A stretch of 64,000 bases of DNA from Octopus vulgaris (GCA_951406725.2 OX597832.1:21080001-21144000), one strand, 5' to 3'; counted from the first letter of the stretch, positions 14,891 through 30,391 are shown. Notes: generated by a model from the sequence alone, not told the origin. Program-made: numbers and translations.

Positions 14891-15146
14891 GGTGTCTATT
14901 TTCCTATTACTCATTTTCTTAACAATTTCTGTTAAAACGAACTTGTGGACGAGTAGATGGACAACAAAAATATTTGATAATGTATATTAAGCCATTTACC
15001 GCAAATATTTCCCAACAATATATCTTCATCTTCCAAGACGAGCTGACAGGTCTTTAGTATGGCGGTCAAGATGCTTAGCGGCATTTCGTCCGTCCATAGC
15101 TTCGGAGTTCGAATTCAGCCCACACACAAATGCACGCACACATACG

Positions 15147-15178
<32 letters not shown>

Positions 15179-15709
15179 GACCACGGGTTTCTTTCAATTT
15201 CCGTCTACCAAATTCGCTCACATCGAGGCTACACTAAGAGATATTAGTTCAAAGTGTCAAGCAGTGGGACTGAACCCAGGGCCATGTGACTGGGAAACAA
15301 ACGCCTGACCACAGAGCCACGACTGAGAAGGAAACTATTGCTGAGTAAACCGCTCCATCCTTCTTAGTACTGTCTTATATCAATTTGTGTGTGTGTACAG
15401 GTTTGTGTATGTGTGCATATAAGGGTTTGTGTGTGTGTGTGAGTGAATCAGTGAAGGACTCTCCTGAAAATATCAATTTCTATGTGTTTAATTAACCGGA
15501 CGACCTTACATATGATATAGCGTGCGTGTGGGCTGAGTATTCCGCGGATGTGTATCCCATGAATGTAATTCTGAAGTAAAATTAACGTGACACAGTGTGT
15601 TGAGTTATAGATACAATCAGTCTTAGGTAATGGGCTTCCACGCAGTTTGCAGCTGCGTAAATTCACTCACCGAAGCATGGGTCAAGATTTTTATCCATAA
15701 CTCCACATA

Positions 15710-16320
15710 ATCTTTTCTACTCTAGGCACATGGCTCGAAAGTTTGGGAGAGGGGCCAGTCGATTAGATAGACCCCAGTGCGTAACTGGTACTTAACTTAT
15801 CGACGCCGAAAGGATGAAAGGCAAAGTCAATCTCGGCGGAATTTGGACTCAGAAATTAAAGACAGACGAAATACCTATTTCTTTACTACCCACAAGGGGC
15901 TAAACACAGAGAGGACAAACAAGGGCAAGCAAACGCATTTAGTCGATTACATCGACTCCTGTGCGAAAATGGGTCTTAATTTTCCGACGGCGAAATGATG
16001 AAAGGCAGAGTCAACCTCGGCGGAATTTCAACACAGAACGTAAAGACAGACGAAATACCGCTAAGCGTTTCGCCCGGCGTGCTAACGTTTCTAATTTCTT
16101 TATTGCCCACAAGAGGCTAAACATAGAGGGGACAAACAAGAACAGACAAAGGGATTAAGTCGATTATATCGACCCGGTGCGTAACTGGTACTTAATTTAT
16201 CGACGGCGAAATGATGAAAGGCAGAGTCAACCTCGGCGGAATTTCAACACAGAACGTAAAGTCAGACGAAATACGACTGTGCATTTCGCCCGGCGTTATA
16301 TCGTTTCTGGTAGCTAGCTG
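15710..16320 (-). mobile_element. tRNA-derived SINE family 2, three-unit head-to-tail array
   Basis: Three repeats of the GAGTTCAAATTCCGCCGAGGTCGACTTTGCCTTTCATCCTTTCGGGGTCGATAAA-type core with junctions at ~16092 and ~15875. Confidence 0.88.
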
Positions 16321-17206
16321 TCATGACTCTATATAGTGGAAGAGAACCTGGAACCACCAATCAGCCACTTTTAGATTCTCGGTCCATATGTAACTGCATA
16401 AGTACTGCTCTTTCCTAACCTGAAAGTTAAAGTAGTTCACGTCTAACAACTTTATTAAATAAATTATGCGCGTAAAGTGAGTAAATATGTGTTAGTAGGT
16501 CTCTGGGTCGCTGAATGTTATCAGTGTGTATTGCAGGAACAACCAAAAGGTAAAACTATTTGGAACAGTAAGTACTGTGATGAATTTTGTTTTAAAAACG
16601 CATTTAGCGTTAATCCTTTTCTTTTATGTTTTTTCCTTTTTTTCTTTTTTTTTTTTTTTTGATAATTCTGAATATCAAGCGAGTGAAAGAAACTATCAAA
16701 ACTGAAGCTGAGAATTTTTCAGATATCTTTGCGAATTAGAAGAATGGATTAGATTTTTTGCAAAAACAAAAACAAAAAACAAAAACAAAAAAAAACAAAT
16801 GGATGAATGGTGCGCTCTCTTTGTCTGATTGAGCACTACAATGGAGTATGATGACGATAACGACGACGACGACGATGACAATTATGATGAGGATAAGGAA
16901 GATGATGATGATGATGATGATGATGATGTCGACGTCGACGATGGCGACGATGGTGTTGATGATGATGATGATGATCCTCATCATCATCATCGTTATCATG
17001 GTCAAGAGCATGATGATGATCATGATCATGGCGATTGCTGTTATTGCTGATTGTGATGACGACGATGACTGCGACAATGATGATGATGATGATGATGACG
17101 GTGACAATGAAGTCGATGATGAAGATGGTGAGGATCAAGATGAAAATAATGATATAAACATATGTTCATGTGTGCGTATATATGTATGTCTGTGTATGTG
17201 TATGTC

Positions 17207-17242
<36 letters not shown>

Positions 17243-17555
17243 TGTGTGTTTCTGTACTTGGCTGAGTGTGTGTGTGTGTGTAATCAAACCGTTAGATTAA
17301 GCTCAAGTCTTTTAATCATGGAAGCTGTGCAAGATAAATTATTCCTGAATTCTAGACACGGACGTAATCGACTGACATCACAATTTGGACTCGAACTTCT
17401 TCTGCCCACTCCACTCCATCTCTCTCTCGTTCTCACTCTCCCCACGCACACACTCCCGGACTCTCTCATTCTCTATCTCTCTCCCTCTCTTGCTTCGCAC
17501 TTTCTTTCTCACTCTCACTGATAAAACACTATGTTGTGCCTATATATGTGTGCGA

Positions 17556-17623
<68 letters not shown>

Positions 17624-17671
17624 GGTATATATCAGTATATATATATGTATATATATATATATATATCAGTA

Positions 17672-17748
<77 letters not shown>

Positions 17749-19460
17749 CTAAGTATATGCGTGTGTATTTAGATATATATATGTATATATGTGAAGTGGC
17801 TTCCAGTGCAACCTCCAACTCTCATCTCATCCTACACTACACATATATAAATACATGTACATATGTATACGTACGTGTGCGCACACGCTTGTGTGTGTGC
17901 GTGCGTGCGTGCGTGTGTGTGTATATGGGTGTATCCATCATCTTTCTTCATATAATTTTTATCTTCCTGCAATTTTCTTGAAGCTCCAATTATTATTGTC
18001 GTTACAGTTGTTGTAAGTCACGTGAATTGTATTTATTTATTTTTCATTTATTTCTTCCATTTTTTTTATTTCGCTATATTTTAAATTCATAAATTACATT
18101 TATACCTATACACACACACACACACACACACACATAGTTTTTATACATATGTATATACATATATATGAATATATATATATGTCTGAGTGTGTATGTGTGT
18201 GTGAGATTTCATTTTTTATTCCTTTTATTTTATTTTTTATTATTTTTTTTCTTTCCCCAGTTTTCACATATCCCAGCGTATCACGGTCATAGCGTGGCTA
18301 TAAAACGGATTCTTTGAAACAGGATATTACTAACTTCCGAATCCGTATTAAAACTGAAATCAAATAACTGGACAGACAAGTGTTTGTATCATGCAGCATT
18401 GATTGCCTTTTACATATTTTCTTTCATTTTTTATTATTTTATTATTTAATCTCAAACCAACCTTACACACTTCCGGTTTGCTTTTCCTCCATTTTATTTC
18501 ATTTTTTTCTTTTATTTTTTTCAAAATCTATGCCGACATTTTGAAACGATTTTTTGATTTCTTTTTAAAATTCAATGCTCCATTTTTATTTTGTTCTAAA
18601 AACTCTCTTTCTTATATCTTTTATTCATCAAATCTTTCTCTTTGATTTAATTGTCCGTTCTTTTCTACATTATCTGTTTACTTATTTCAGTCATTGGTCG
18701 TTGGCCATGCTGGAGCACAAGCTTATAAGATATTTTAGTCCAGCAAATCCATCCCACCAATATTTTATCCTGTCGGTCCTTTTCACTGACAAGCTAAGTT
18801 ACAAGAACTTTAACAAACCGACACCACGTGACATGAGGTGTGGGACAGGACAAGCACAAACCCTGAAACACACACAAACTCACATCTGTGAGCGTGCATG
18901 TGTATATATGCACAACGCGCTTCCCTCAAATTCATTTACAAGGTTTGGGCCAACTCATGACTCCAGTAGAAGACACTTGCCTGAGGTGACGCACGATAGG
19001 ACTGAACCCCTAACAATATGGCTGTAAAGCAAGCTTCTTAGCCGCAATGACATGTCAGTGTCTGCACCATCTTTTTCGAACTTTTGTCGCTAATGCCACT
19101 GACTTTTAATTTAATTTCAATTTAATTGATCGCAGATTTTAAAAATTAGAACTGCGTCGGAGAGTTCTACTAAAACCCAGCATGGTTGCAATCCAATGAC
19201 TAAAACCAGTAAGAGATAAAACGAAAGTTAAGCAAACCAAATTACGAAATATATCTTTTACATAAAATGTTATTGCTTCCTTTACTTCAAAAAAAATCAC
19301 GAAAGAACAAAAACGAGAATATGAACTATATAGTTATATTTCTAGTTCCAAATTGCATCCCAACAATATCATTTTTTCTACTGAATTTCCTTCCAAATTT
19401 TTTCTCCGTTTCGAAATTTCCCTTGCTATATCTCGTTTTATATGTATGTGGTGTGTGTGT

Positions 19461-19830
<370 letters not shown>

Positions 19831-19989
19831 GTATATATATATATATATATATATATACGTATGTATATGTATATGTATATGTTTCTCCATATTTTGTATA
19901 TATATATATATATATATAGGCACACACACGCATATATATATATTCATTCATACATATATGTATATATGATATATATATATATATATATA

Positions 19990-20035
<46 letters not shown>

Positions 20036-20319
20036 CCCCTCTAATATATTTAGTCCTTCTCCACTGTCAGTGCTTTTCTTTGATATCTCGTGTCGAGTTC
20101 TTCATTTCTTTTTCGCACTTATATTCTATTATTAATGATGTTTTTCTTATTTTTTCCTTTGGAAAGATTGTCTTACCCTATCGAGCCCCCCCCCCCGCTT
20201 CCGTCGACCATTTTTTTTTCTATCTTGTATTCCAATAATTTCCTTCTTCCATTTTGTTACCCTTACCAAAATATTTTTTCCATAGTCTCCAAATATTTCT
20301 GCCAATTTTTGCCTGCTCT

Positions 20320-20320
<1 letters not shown>

Positions 20321-20379
<59 letters not shown>

Positions 20380-20380
20380 A

Positions 20381-20428
<48 letters not shown>

Positions 20429-20963
20429 GTTACTAATTCTACAACCACCACCACTGTCACCACCGTCACGTCTACTACAACCACCATCTACACTACCACT
20501 ACTACCTCTACTGCTACTATTACAACAACCACTCCAACCGCCACTAAAACAACAACTACGACTACTAACAATTTCACCGACACCGTCGCTACAAATTACT
20601 ACAGCCACTACAACTACTATCACCACATTCAGCAACACACCTCCTACTACTACCACTACTACTACCAACACCACTACTATCTTCACCTCTACCATTATTA
20701 CCACCACAACTACTCCTACTACCAAACCCTACCACGACTATTTCACCATCACGACCACCAGCCCTACTACCACCGCTACTACCAACACCACCACCACTAC
20801 TACTACTACTACTACCACCAATACCACCACTATCTTCACCTCTACTATTATTACCACCACATCTACTGCTACTACCAAACACTACTACCACTATCTCACC
20901 ATCACGACCACCACCCCTACTACCACCGCTACTACCACCACCACCACCACCCCTACTACCACC

Positions 20964-21013
<50 letters not shown>

Positions 21014-21140
21014 CAACACCACCACTATCTCCACCTCTACTGCTACTACCAAACACTACTACGACTTTCTCACCATCACGACCACCACACCTACTACCAC
21101 CGCTACTACCACCACCAGCACCACTACTACTACTACTAGT
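20321..21140. repeat. (ACT/ACC)-rich low-complexity tract with three ~115-bp higher-order repeats
   Basis: Unit CCACTACTATCTTCACCTCTA..CACCATCACGACCACCA..CCGCTACTACCA recurs at ~20670, ~20825 and ~21020. Confidence 0.85.
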
Positions 21141-21618
21141 TCTACTAGTATTATCCCCCACCGCCACTGCTACCCCCTCACTGTTGCTGCTACTGTCATT
21201 CTCCTTATTATGGCAGTGTTCCTATTAGAAATCCTCCCTATTGTGGTGACTCTATTCAATATTTGAACATCCAACTGCGACACTTGGATAAGAAAGAAGC
21301 TTCCTTCGCTGATAATCACGAACCGGGATCTGGCAGTTTGTTTTGGTTTTACGTTGGGTTCGTTGTATTTGTATGAGTGCCATTTTGTGTGTGTACGTGT
21401 GTGTGTGAATGTGTAGGGTGAGTGCGTGTTTAGGGGGTTGTATTTTTCGTTGTGTGTGTGTGTGAGAGTGAGTGGGAGTGTATGTATGTCTACATATATT
21501 TTTACATACATATATATGTGTGTGCATGTACGTTTATAAATACAAACACAAACTCATATATATGCAAGTATATTTATAATATATATATATAGACATATAT
21601 TTGCCTTTAAAGAAATAA

Positions 21619-21670
<52 letters not shown>

Positions 21671-21842
21671 TAAGAGAGAGGGTAGAGGAGAAAATACAAA
21701 TCCGAAATCACAAATGTGTGCGGGTTTATATACATTTAAATATAGATATAAATATATATTTATGTGTATATACACATACATACATATGAATATATATAAA
21801 TACTATTGCATATGTATATAATATTGTATATATGCATATATA

Positions 21843-21874
<32 letters not shown>

Positions 21875-21914
21875 AGTATAATGTATATGTATATACATCA
21901 ATGTATAAGTGTAA

Positions 21915-21957
<43 letters not shown>

Positions 21958-22899
21958 GTTATGTGCTTACACACATACATGTATGTATGTATGTATGTAT
22001 TCATAATACACGAAGCATTACTTACGAAATCCTTAGAAAGTAACCAAAAAAGAAACAAAACAAAAGGCATCGTCCTACCAAACAAACCAAACCATTCTTA
22101 AATCGTCTACACTTTGTGACCTTATTTAGACTTTTTTTTTTCATGTGTGTGTGTGTTTGTGTCACTTCCTTTTATACAAATCGATGCAAATAATATCCGA
22201 GTTATGCCACCTTATTTAACTCACTAATCAAAACCGATTGAATATCTGATTCGAAACGAGAAAACAGTATCTTGGAAATGGAACCAAATGTGATTCCAAG
22301 ATCAATGTCCTAAATATAGAGAGAGATTATTTTTTTCTTGTTAGGTATCGAGTGGTGCTGGAATTGTTATGACTTTCGGTTGCAATGAATGGAAAGAGAA
22401 ATACGCTGAGGTATGTCACAATATCTTATGAGTTACATTAGAGCTGATGGGTGTTATAAATTTGTGATGACTTTACAAACCGTCGAAATGAATTCCGTCT
22501 TATATTTTTTACATATATTTTATAGGTGGCTGGATGTCTATTGTGAGTAATGGGATTTTGTGTAAGAGGAAGTGGGTTTGGTTTCTTCCCTCCAATATTT
22601 TGTTTCAGTTTTGTTGTTTCTTTTAGAGGTTTGTTCAGATTTATCTTCTTGGCTTTTTTTTCCGTAACGCCATTTCCGAAATAGTTTACTTTTTCTATGC
22701 TAACAAAATCAGCTAATGGTTCTATGTATGCATACATGTTTGTATGTTTATATATATGCATGTATAATTTATTACGTATGTATGCATATGTGTGTGTGCG
22801 CGTGGGCGTATATACATGTATGTATTCAGCTTAATGTGATGCTGTAGCATGGACGCAGTCAAATTATTGAAACAAGTAAAAGAATAAAAGAATGTATGT

Positions 22900-23282
22900 C
22901 CACGCTGTTGCACCTGCCTCTAACTCTCCAACATGACCATCCTCACTGACACCCATCACCGATTCCTTTACTTGAACCTCAAGTAATGTTGTTTACTGCA
23001 TCTCCTTTTCTCCCTGTTCTTGTTGGTACAGTTGTCAAACGTGACGCAGCTTGGTTGGCCGGTTCGCGGAGCACTACTGAGACATCAGACTCGGCAATGA
23101 CACCCTGCTCTCGCGCCATTTCTGCTCTACCAGTTATTCGCTACAATATGTCTGTGTTCGGACTGTCTCTGCACAGGGGCCATCCGGACACCCGCCTTCG
23201 CCGTGAACCAGAATTAATCTTCTCTCTTCGTTCCCTTGTACCATATGAACTCAACCCACTATCTCCCTACATCTGCCATTAA
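22900..23282 (+). pseudogene. Penelope-like element GIY-YIG endonuclease remnant
   Basis: Manual translation ITDSFT*TSSNVVYCISFSPCSCWYSCQT*RSLVGRFAEHY*DIRLGNDTLLSRHF..MSVFGL..RLRREPELIFSLRSLVPYELN fits the PLE GIY-YIG pattern (FTC.S.NV.Y.I.C..C...Y.GQT.R.L..RF.EH..GLN); stops and a frameshift present. Confidence 0.8.
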
Positions 23283-23293
23283 CTCCATACACC

Positions 23294-23362
23294 TAATACA
23301 CGAAGCATTACTTACGAAATCCTTAGAAAGTAACCAAAAAAGAAACAAAACAAAAGGCATCG
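23294..23362 (+). repeat. 69-bp exact copy of 22004-22072 flanked by ACACC direct repeats
   Basis: TAATACACGAAGCATTAC..CAAAAGGCATCG is identical at both places; ACACC at 23289-23293 and 23363-23367. Confidence 0.9.
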
Positions 23363-24268
23363 ACACCATTACACACACTGCCACAAACCCTTCCCACTCT
23401 ACGCACACTAGCACCAAACACTTCTCAGCACCCACACCACACAGCATTATCCACTCACGTACACACAATCCTCAATAGCGTCAGCACACATACCACTATA
23501 TGAGCAGCCACAAACACACCGTTTAACTCAGTCCACACACCATCAAGCACACTCCCACACCCAGAAAAACACATAATATCTGAACACAGACAATACATAC
23601 ACACACGTAACACGCATAAATACACGCAACACGCATCGACAAAGATAACTTTCAGCTACAGACATGCACTATACACATGTCCACTATATCGTCATAGACA
23701 CACACAGACACACACACAAATACACATGTGAACACACCAACTGAACAGGCACACATCAACTCCTACACACAATACACACATACACACTCTCACATTAAAC
23801 TCACTCGCCCCTATTCACACATACTCACGCACAGCATTCTCACATACAAATACACGCTTGCGCGCCTTCGTTCGTTGGGGTCACCATTACCTTTATCGTT
23901 ATTATTATTATTATCATCATTATTATTATTATTGAGTGAGAGAGCAGTTCATGCCATATTATCATTATTATTATTATTATCATCTCCCTTTCATTTGACC
24001 TTTTTTCCAGTCATATCGCTATGTTAGACCGTTGAACTCTGCATTTGTTTCTCTCTCTGTTTTTTATTTTTTTCATTCTCTCTAATATTTTTTCCTCTTA
24101 ATCCTTTCTGTCGATGGGTAGAGATTCGAAACCTAAAAGACTTCCATTCTTCGCAAGCATTAAACTAATACACCTTTTTATTGTTCCTGCACCTGGCTTC
24201 GTCCTTCATTTTTTGTAAATTTGAAGTATATTTGTATACATATACATATGTGTATATGTTATTATTAT

Positions 24269-24592
24269 TGAATGATAGAGCAGTGCGTGACATCAAAGTG
24301 ACATTAAGGTACAGATATACGAAAACTAATACACCCATCATGACTAACCGTCTGATAAGTGTTCACTAGACATATGCACCACAACCACTTGTGCGTGACA
24401 TGGTAATCTCATATCAAGATGAACAGCACACGACCTGACAGGTGGGGGCCTTGCTAGAATTTTCTTCTGGTCGAGTATACCATCTCATTCAAAAGGTCCC
24501 TGAACATGGACTGTTGAAGGGGATTGAATGAAACATCCATATTACCGGAGGTGCATTATTCAAACCATTAAGACTTCTCAACACATAGCTAA
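24269..24592. mobile_element. (TTA)n-anchored non-coding element, left part
   Basis: Begins TGAATGATAGAGCAGTGCGTGACATC after (TTA)n; the same start occurs as a stub at 23933-23957; 24511-24592 aligns with 45731-45815. Confidence 0.65.
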
Positions 24593-25096
24593 CTTTACTT
24601 GCACAATATTAAGGTTATTTATAATAGCAAGGTTACCTTCATTCGGTTTATAAAATACGCTTGTACAACACACAGAACATACACGCGCACGCCCACACGC
24701 ATGCACGCAAGCAAGCACAGGCATGAACATATCGGCTGTCAGCAGTAAACAATTTGTTTGCATTAGTTATAAAAAAGAGGCTCCATGAATCCTTAGTCCT
24801 AAGTGTCATTGACTGATGAGATGCAACGATGTCGAAACAACGGGTATTCCGCTAATTGATCAAGTTTACTGTGAAAATATATTTCATCGAAAAAAGAGAA
24901 GTTGCTCTTCCCTGACGAAACTCACTGGCGCTTTGCATATTCATGTTCGTATCTGCCAGAAAGTGTTTAGACATCAGTTTTCAAGTCATCAATTTCATTC
25001 TCGCTGTTCCTTGGAAGATGACTATTTATCACATGTATATGTGCCTCTGTATGTGTGTGTGTATGTGTGTGTAATGAGTGCGTGAGTGCGTGTATT

Positions 25097-25148
<52 letters not shown>

Positions 25149-25446
25149 TACTGGTTTGACCAAAAGTCACCCGACAGTAAATCAAAATTCCATAAATATT
25201 ATCTACAGTTTGTCCCTCAAGAAGGACTTCAGTTTGAACAATTTTCATGATGTTAAATATTTAGATGCTTTCATTAAATTCATTCTGTTGTAAGCCTACT
25301 TCTTTGTAAACCAACTTCTTATTCTATCAGTCATTTTTTGCCGAACCGCAAAGTTATGGGACGAAAACACACCAGCTTCGGTTGTCAACCGATGTTGGGG
25401 GGACAAGCACAGACACACAAACACACACATACATATAATATATAAT

Positions 25447-25480
<34 letters not shown>

Positions 25481-26245
25481 ATATTGGGAGAATTCACGAA
25501 AAAAACCAGACACGAAGACAGTTGGTGTAGAAAACATACATATGTATTAGTATAACGCTGGAGAAGTGAAAAAGTCTTTAACGTTTCGAGCCTACCCTCT
25601 TCCACAGAAAGGAACACAGAAAGAAAAAGGGGAGAAACAAGCGAGAAAAAAAGTTTGTGTAGTGGCTACCGAACTATTATGGCGAGTATACATACATACA
25701 TACATATATATATATATATATTTACCGAAAAACAAAGGACAGAGCCAGGTGTATAAACAACCAACAGGTGTATTATTTTGATGCTCGGGAAGGTGAGAAA
25801 GTCTTTTATGCTTCGAACCTACGCTCTTCAACAGTAAGGAGCACAAGGAAATAAACAGAGAGAGAATAAAAATTAAAGAAAGCTTTTGGGGTTAGCGGTC
25901 AATTATGGAGACTGATATATATATATCTGACGACGGGCTAATTTCAGTTTCCGCCTACTTAGTCCACTCACAAGGCTTTGTTCAGCTCGAAGCTATAGTA
26001 GAAGACTTGCCCAAGATGCCACACACCGGACAAAACCCAGAACCGTGTGGTTGATAAGCAAGCTACTTACCACTCGACCACTCCTGCATGCAACTTCCGG
26101 TTAATTTCTCATGAGGGACACTTTGGACAAGCTGCTTCTTTTGAAGTCTCAGACCGACCAATCACCTGTGAGTAAATTTACTGGATGGAAATTCTGTTGA
26201 AGCCCGTCGTGTACATGCGTGTGTGTGTGTGTGTTTGTAGGTGGG

Positions 26246-26466
26246 GGCGGTGAACTGGCAGAACATTACACAACCGATGTTGGTTTGTTTATGCTCAGGT
26301 AACGTTTTGGTTCAAATTCCGCCGAGGTCGACTTTGCCTTTCATCCTTTCGGGGTCGATAAATTAAGTACCAGTTACGCACTGGGGTCGATGTTATCGAC
26401 TTAATCCGTTTGTCTGTCCTTATTTGTCTTCTCTGTGTTTAGCCCTTTGTGGATAGTAAAGAAATA
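26246..26466 (+). mobile_element. SINE family 2 single copy with probable TSD
   Basis: Core plus tail GTGGATAGTAAAGAAATA; TAGGTGGGGG(G)CG repeated on both sides. Confidence 0.75.
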
Positions 26467-26734
26467 GGTGGGGGGCGTGCGCGTGCGTATTATCTGCTTG
26501 CACGATTTCACAACTGATGTTGGTTTGTTTACCGTCATGTAAATTTGTATTTATTATTAAGAAGTGGTAAGGCGGCAGATTTTGGCAGAAACGTACTGGA
26601 ATGGATTCATGAAATTTATTGACTATAGTATTTCGTCTGCCGCTATGTTCTGCAGCTCTAACAACAAAAACAAGTTTGACGTAACGGCAGACGAAATACC
26701 GCTAAGAATTTCGAAACAAAAACTAACGAAATTC

Positions 26735-26925
26735 TTATTTCTTTATTGTCCACAAGGGGCTAAACATAAGAGGGGACAAACAAGGACATTAAGTCGATTA
26801 TATCGACCCCAGTGCGTAACTGGTACTTATTTAATCGACCCCGGAAGGATGAAAGGCAAAGTCGACCTCGACGGAATTTGAACTCAGAACGTAGAGACAG
26901 ACGAAATACCGCTAAGAATTTCGAC
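26735..26925 (-). mobile_element. SINE family 2 copy
   Basis: Core plus tail GTGGACAATAAAGAAATAA abutting a degenerate SINE head site. Confidence 0.8.
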
Positions 26926-27649
26926 CATTGTACTTACATTTCGGCCATCTAGACGCCATCCTTTCATAAAATATACTAATCATGTACTGCTATTAATGAT
27001 ATTGATTAACACACCCGCCTATAATTATTAGTTTTGTGTCAAAATTTGAAACCATTAATAATATGTGACATACTTGCACTGTTAAACATTCGTAATTTTT
27101 ATAACTGTAAATTCGGAATTTTTACTAATCACTTCCTCTCGGCAAATTAAAATATGTTTACAGAAAAAATATTATATAAAATATTTTTTTTAAAATTAAA
27201 TATTAATAAGATAAGCATTATCGCAGGGAATTAAAATTTAAAAGTTTTCGAGCATTGAAATTATCTTCAGCGCATATAAACTATATAGTAATAAATACGG
27301 AAGGCCGTATTGGAGAAATTATGATGTAAGGGAAGCTACTCTGCGGTTGCTGAACACAAAACTATCGTCTACCGCTACATGTAACGAAATGTCGCTTAGT
27401 GTGTTGTTTAGAACGTTATGGCTGCGACTAACGCTACCGGTATTTTGGGCGATTCCGTGAGATTAGAGGGGAATTTGTGGTTCAGTAAGGTTTTTGAATA
27501 TGGAATATATAGAAGCAGATTATCTGTGTGTGTGTGTGTGTTTTTGTTGTTGTTATTTCTTTTGTGTTTGTTTTTTTTTATTTGCAGTTCGCTCTTTCGT
27601 AGAGAATGTGAACGGCGAAATTTACGAGAAACAAGCGACAGACGTGTGC

Positions 27650-27707
<58 letters not shown>

Positions 27708-28206
27708 ATGTATAAGTGTGTGCATTAGTAGGTATGTGTTAAATGTGTGTGTGTGTGTGCGTCTGGGTGAGTTTGCTCAAATACACACAAATATTTCAAT
27801 AAATATAACAGATACTCAACACATACAATACATATATATACGCGCTCATACGTACATACATATACATGTACACACACACACATGTATATACAAATTAATA
27901 TCAATGGCCAGACGCAATGTGATACCACATAGGACCAATTCAATCGTCACTAAGCGTGACTAAAAGCGCCGGTTCACCAACATTGCTAGAAATAAGAGTT
28001 AAATACCCTTACCGCTGTAAGAGGACCGCAATTACATACATATACTGACAGTATATGTATGCATTTGTGCTCTTCTTACAGTAGTGAGGGTATTTTAACT
28101 CTTCTTTCTAGCAATGTAGGTACTTCGTCACTAAGTAACGTTTGAATCATTCCTAAACACACACACACATATGTATGTGTGTGTATGTATGTACATGTAT
28201 GCATGT

Positions 28207-28394
<188 letters not shown>

Positions 28395-28398
28395 TATA

Positions 28399-28812
28399 GG
28401 CGCAGGGGTGGCTGTGTGGTAAGTAGCTGGTTTACCAACCACATGGTTCCGGGTTCAGTCCCACTGCGTGGCATCTTGGGCAAGTGTCTTCTACTGTAGC
28501 CTCGGGCCGATCAAAGCCTTGTCAGTGGATTTGGTAGATGGAAACTGAAGGAAGCCCGTCGTATATATGTATATATATATATATGTGTGTGTGCGTGTTT
28601 GTGTGTCTGTGTTTGTCCCCCTAGTATCTGTGTTTGTCCCCCGATGCTGGTGTGTTTATGTCCCCGTTTCTTAGCGGTTCGGCAAAAGAAAACTGATAGA
28701 ATAAGTACTGGGCTTACAAAAGAATAAGTCCCGGGGTCGAGTTGCTCGATTAAAGGCGGTGCTCCAGCATGGCCGCAGTCAAATGACTGGTACAAGTAAA
28801 TGAGTAAAAGAG
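28399..28812 (+). mobile_element. SINE family 1, full length
   Basis: High identity to the 4964 copy; B-box-like GGTTCAGTCCC. Confidence 0.9.
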
Positions 28813-28849
28813 AGAGCATACAGATAGAGCGAAAAAGAGAAAAGAGAGA

Positions 28850-29023
28850 AGGAAAATAGTTGTGGCGAAAGAGTCAGCAGAAGTTCGCCATTCCCTTCTG
28901 CCAGAGCCGCGTGGAGCTTAGGTGATTCGCTCATAAACACACACATCGACCGGTCTGAGATTCGACCCCGCGATCCCTCGATCGCGAGTCCGCTATTCTA
29001 ACCACTAGGTCATGTGCCGCCAC
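28850..29023 (-). mobile_element. tRNA-derived SINE family 3 head
   Basis: Minus strand TGACCTAGTGGTTAGAATAGCGGACTCGCGATCGAGGGATCGCGGGGTCGAATCTC (A/B boxes, tRNA-like); related heads at 31610-31750, 40015-40078, 61376-61448. Confidence 0.7.
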
Positions 29024-29202
29024 CAAGCTACATGTTACAGTCTATAAAAAAAAAATGAATGGATGATAATCTTTTGCTTTATTGTTTGGTTGGTACAGCC
29101 ATTAAGTTACAGTCATGCTGGAGCATCGGTTTCAATTATATTTTGTCGCTGCTGTTGTATTGGTGCCAGTTTATCACTACATTAGCTTCTGGCAGCAGAT
29201 GA

Positions 29203-29812
29203 TATTCTTTTCTACTCTAGGCACAAGGCCCGAAATTTTGGAGGAGGGGGGCCAGTTAATGAGATCGTCCTCAGTACACATCTGGTACTTAATTTATCGG
29301 CCCAGAAAGGATGAAATGTAAAGTCGACCTCGGCGAAATTTTAACTCAGAACGTAAAGAGGCGAAATATTGCTAAGTATTTCGCCCAGCGTGCTAACGTT
29401 TCTTATCTCTTTACTGCCCACAAGGGGCTAGGCACGGAGGGGACAAACAAGGACAGGCAAACGGATTAAGTCGATTATATCGACCCCAGTGCGTAACTGG
29501 TACTTATTTAATTGACCCCGAAAGGATGAAATGCAAAGTCGACCTCGGCGGAATTTGAACTCAGAACGTAACGGCAGACGAAATATCTATTTCTTTACTA
29601 CCCACAAAGGGATAAACACAGGGGACAAATAAGGACAAAGGGATTAAGTCGATTACATGGACCCCAGTGCGTAACTGCTACTTAATTTATCGACCCCGAA
29701 AGAATGAAAGGTAAAGTCGACCTCGGCGGAATTTGAACTCAGAACGTAGCGGCAGACGGAATACCGCTCAGCATTTCGCCCGGCGTGCTAACGATTCTGC
29801 AAGCTCACAGCC
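29203..29812 (-). mobile_element. SINE family 2, three-unit array
   Basis: Three cores; junctions at ~29587 and ~29403. Confidence 0.88.
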
Positions 29813-30178
29813 TTTGACAACAGATGATATTAATGAGCAAACAACCAGCCCAACGTCTTGAAAATCCGAGTACATAATCGAACATGACTGACTAAAATCG
29901 AAACACCGACCCGTTATTGACCTTATTAATTCGACCGATTGACAGTTATCCATGCACACTTGAAAAGTCAGTGAAGCAGCGTGGTTGTTACGGCATCAGA
30001 TAATACGCACTGTTGCATTTCTTGTGTGTCTATTAGTTCTGGGTTCAAATCACAATGAAGTCTAGTCTTCCTACCTTTAGGGGGTCTGTAAATCAAGTAA
30101 CAGGCTGGTAGTATTGGGGTCTATTCTTCTTCGTTATCATCATCATATTATTATTTTTTCTTCTTCTCTCTCTCTTCC

Positions 30179-30235
<57 letters not shown>

Positions 30236-30336
30236 GACTCAGCTACGCGGTCGAAATTACCCATCCCGTCATGGGATTCCAACAACAGGTGTACTAACAT
30301 AGCCGTAACATCAATGAAGCGAAATAACGCTGCTGG

Positions 30337-30391
<55 letters not shown>

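Noticed and set aside
29203-29812. CRISPR-like regularly repeated units
   Set aside because: Units are ~200-bp SINE bodies without unique spacers, in a eukaryotic context with no cas genes
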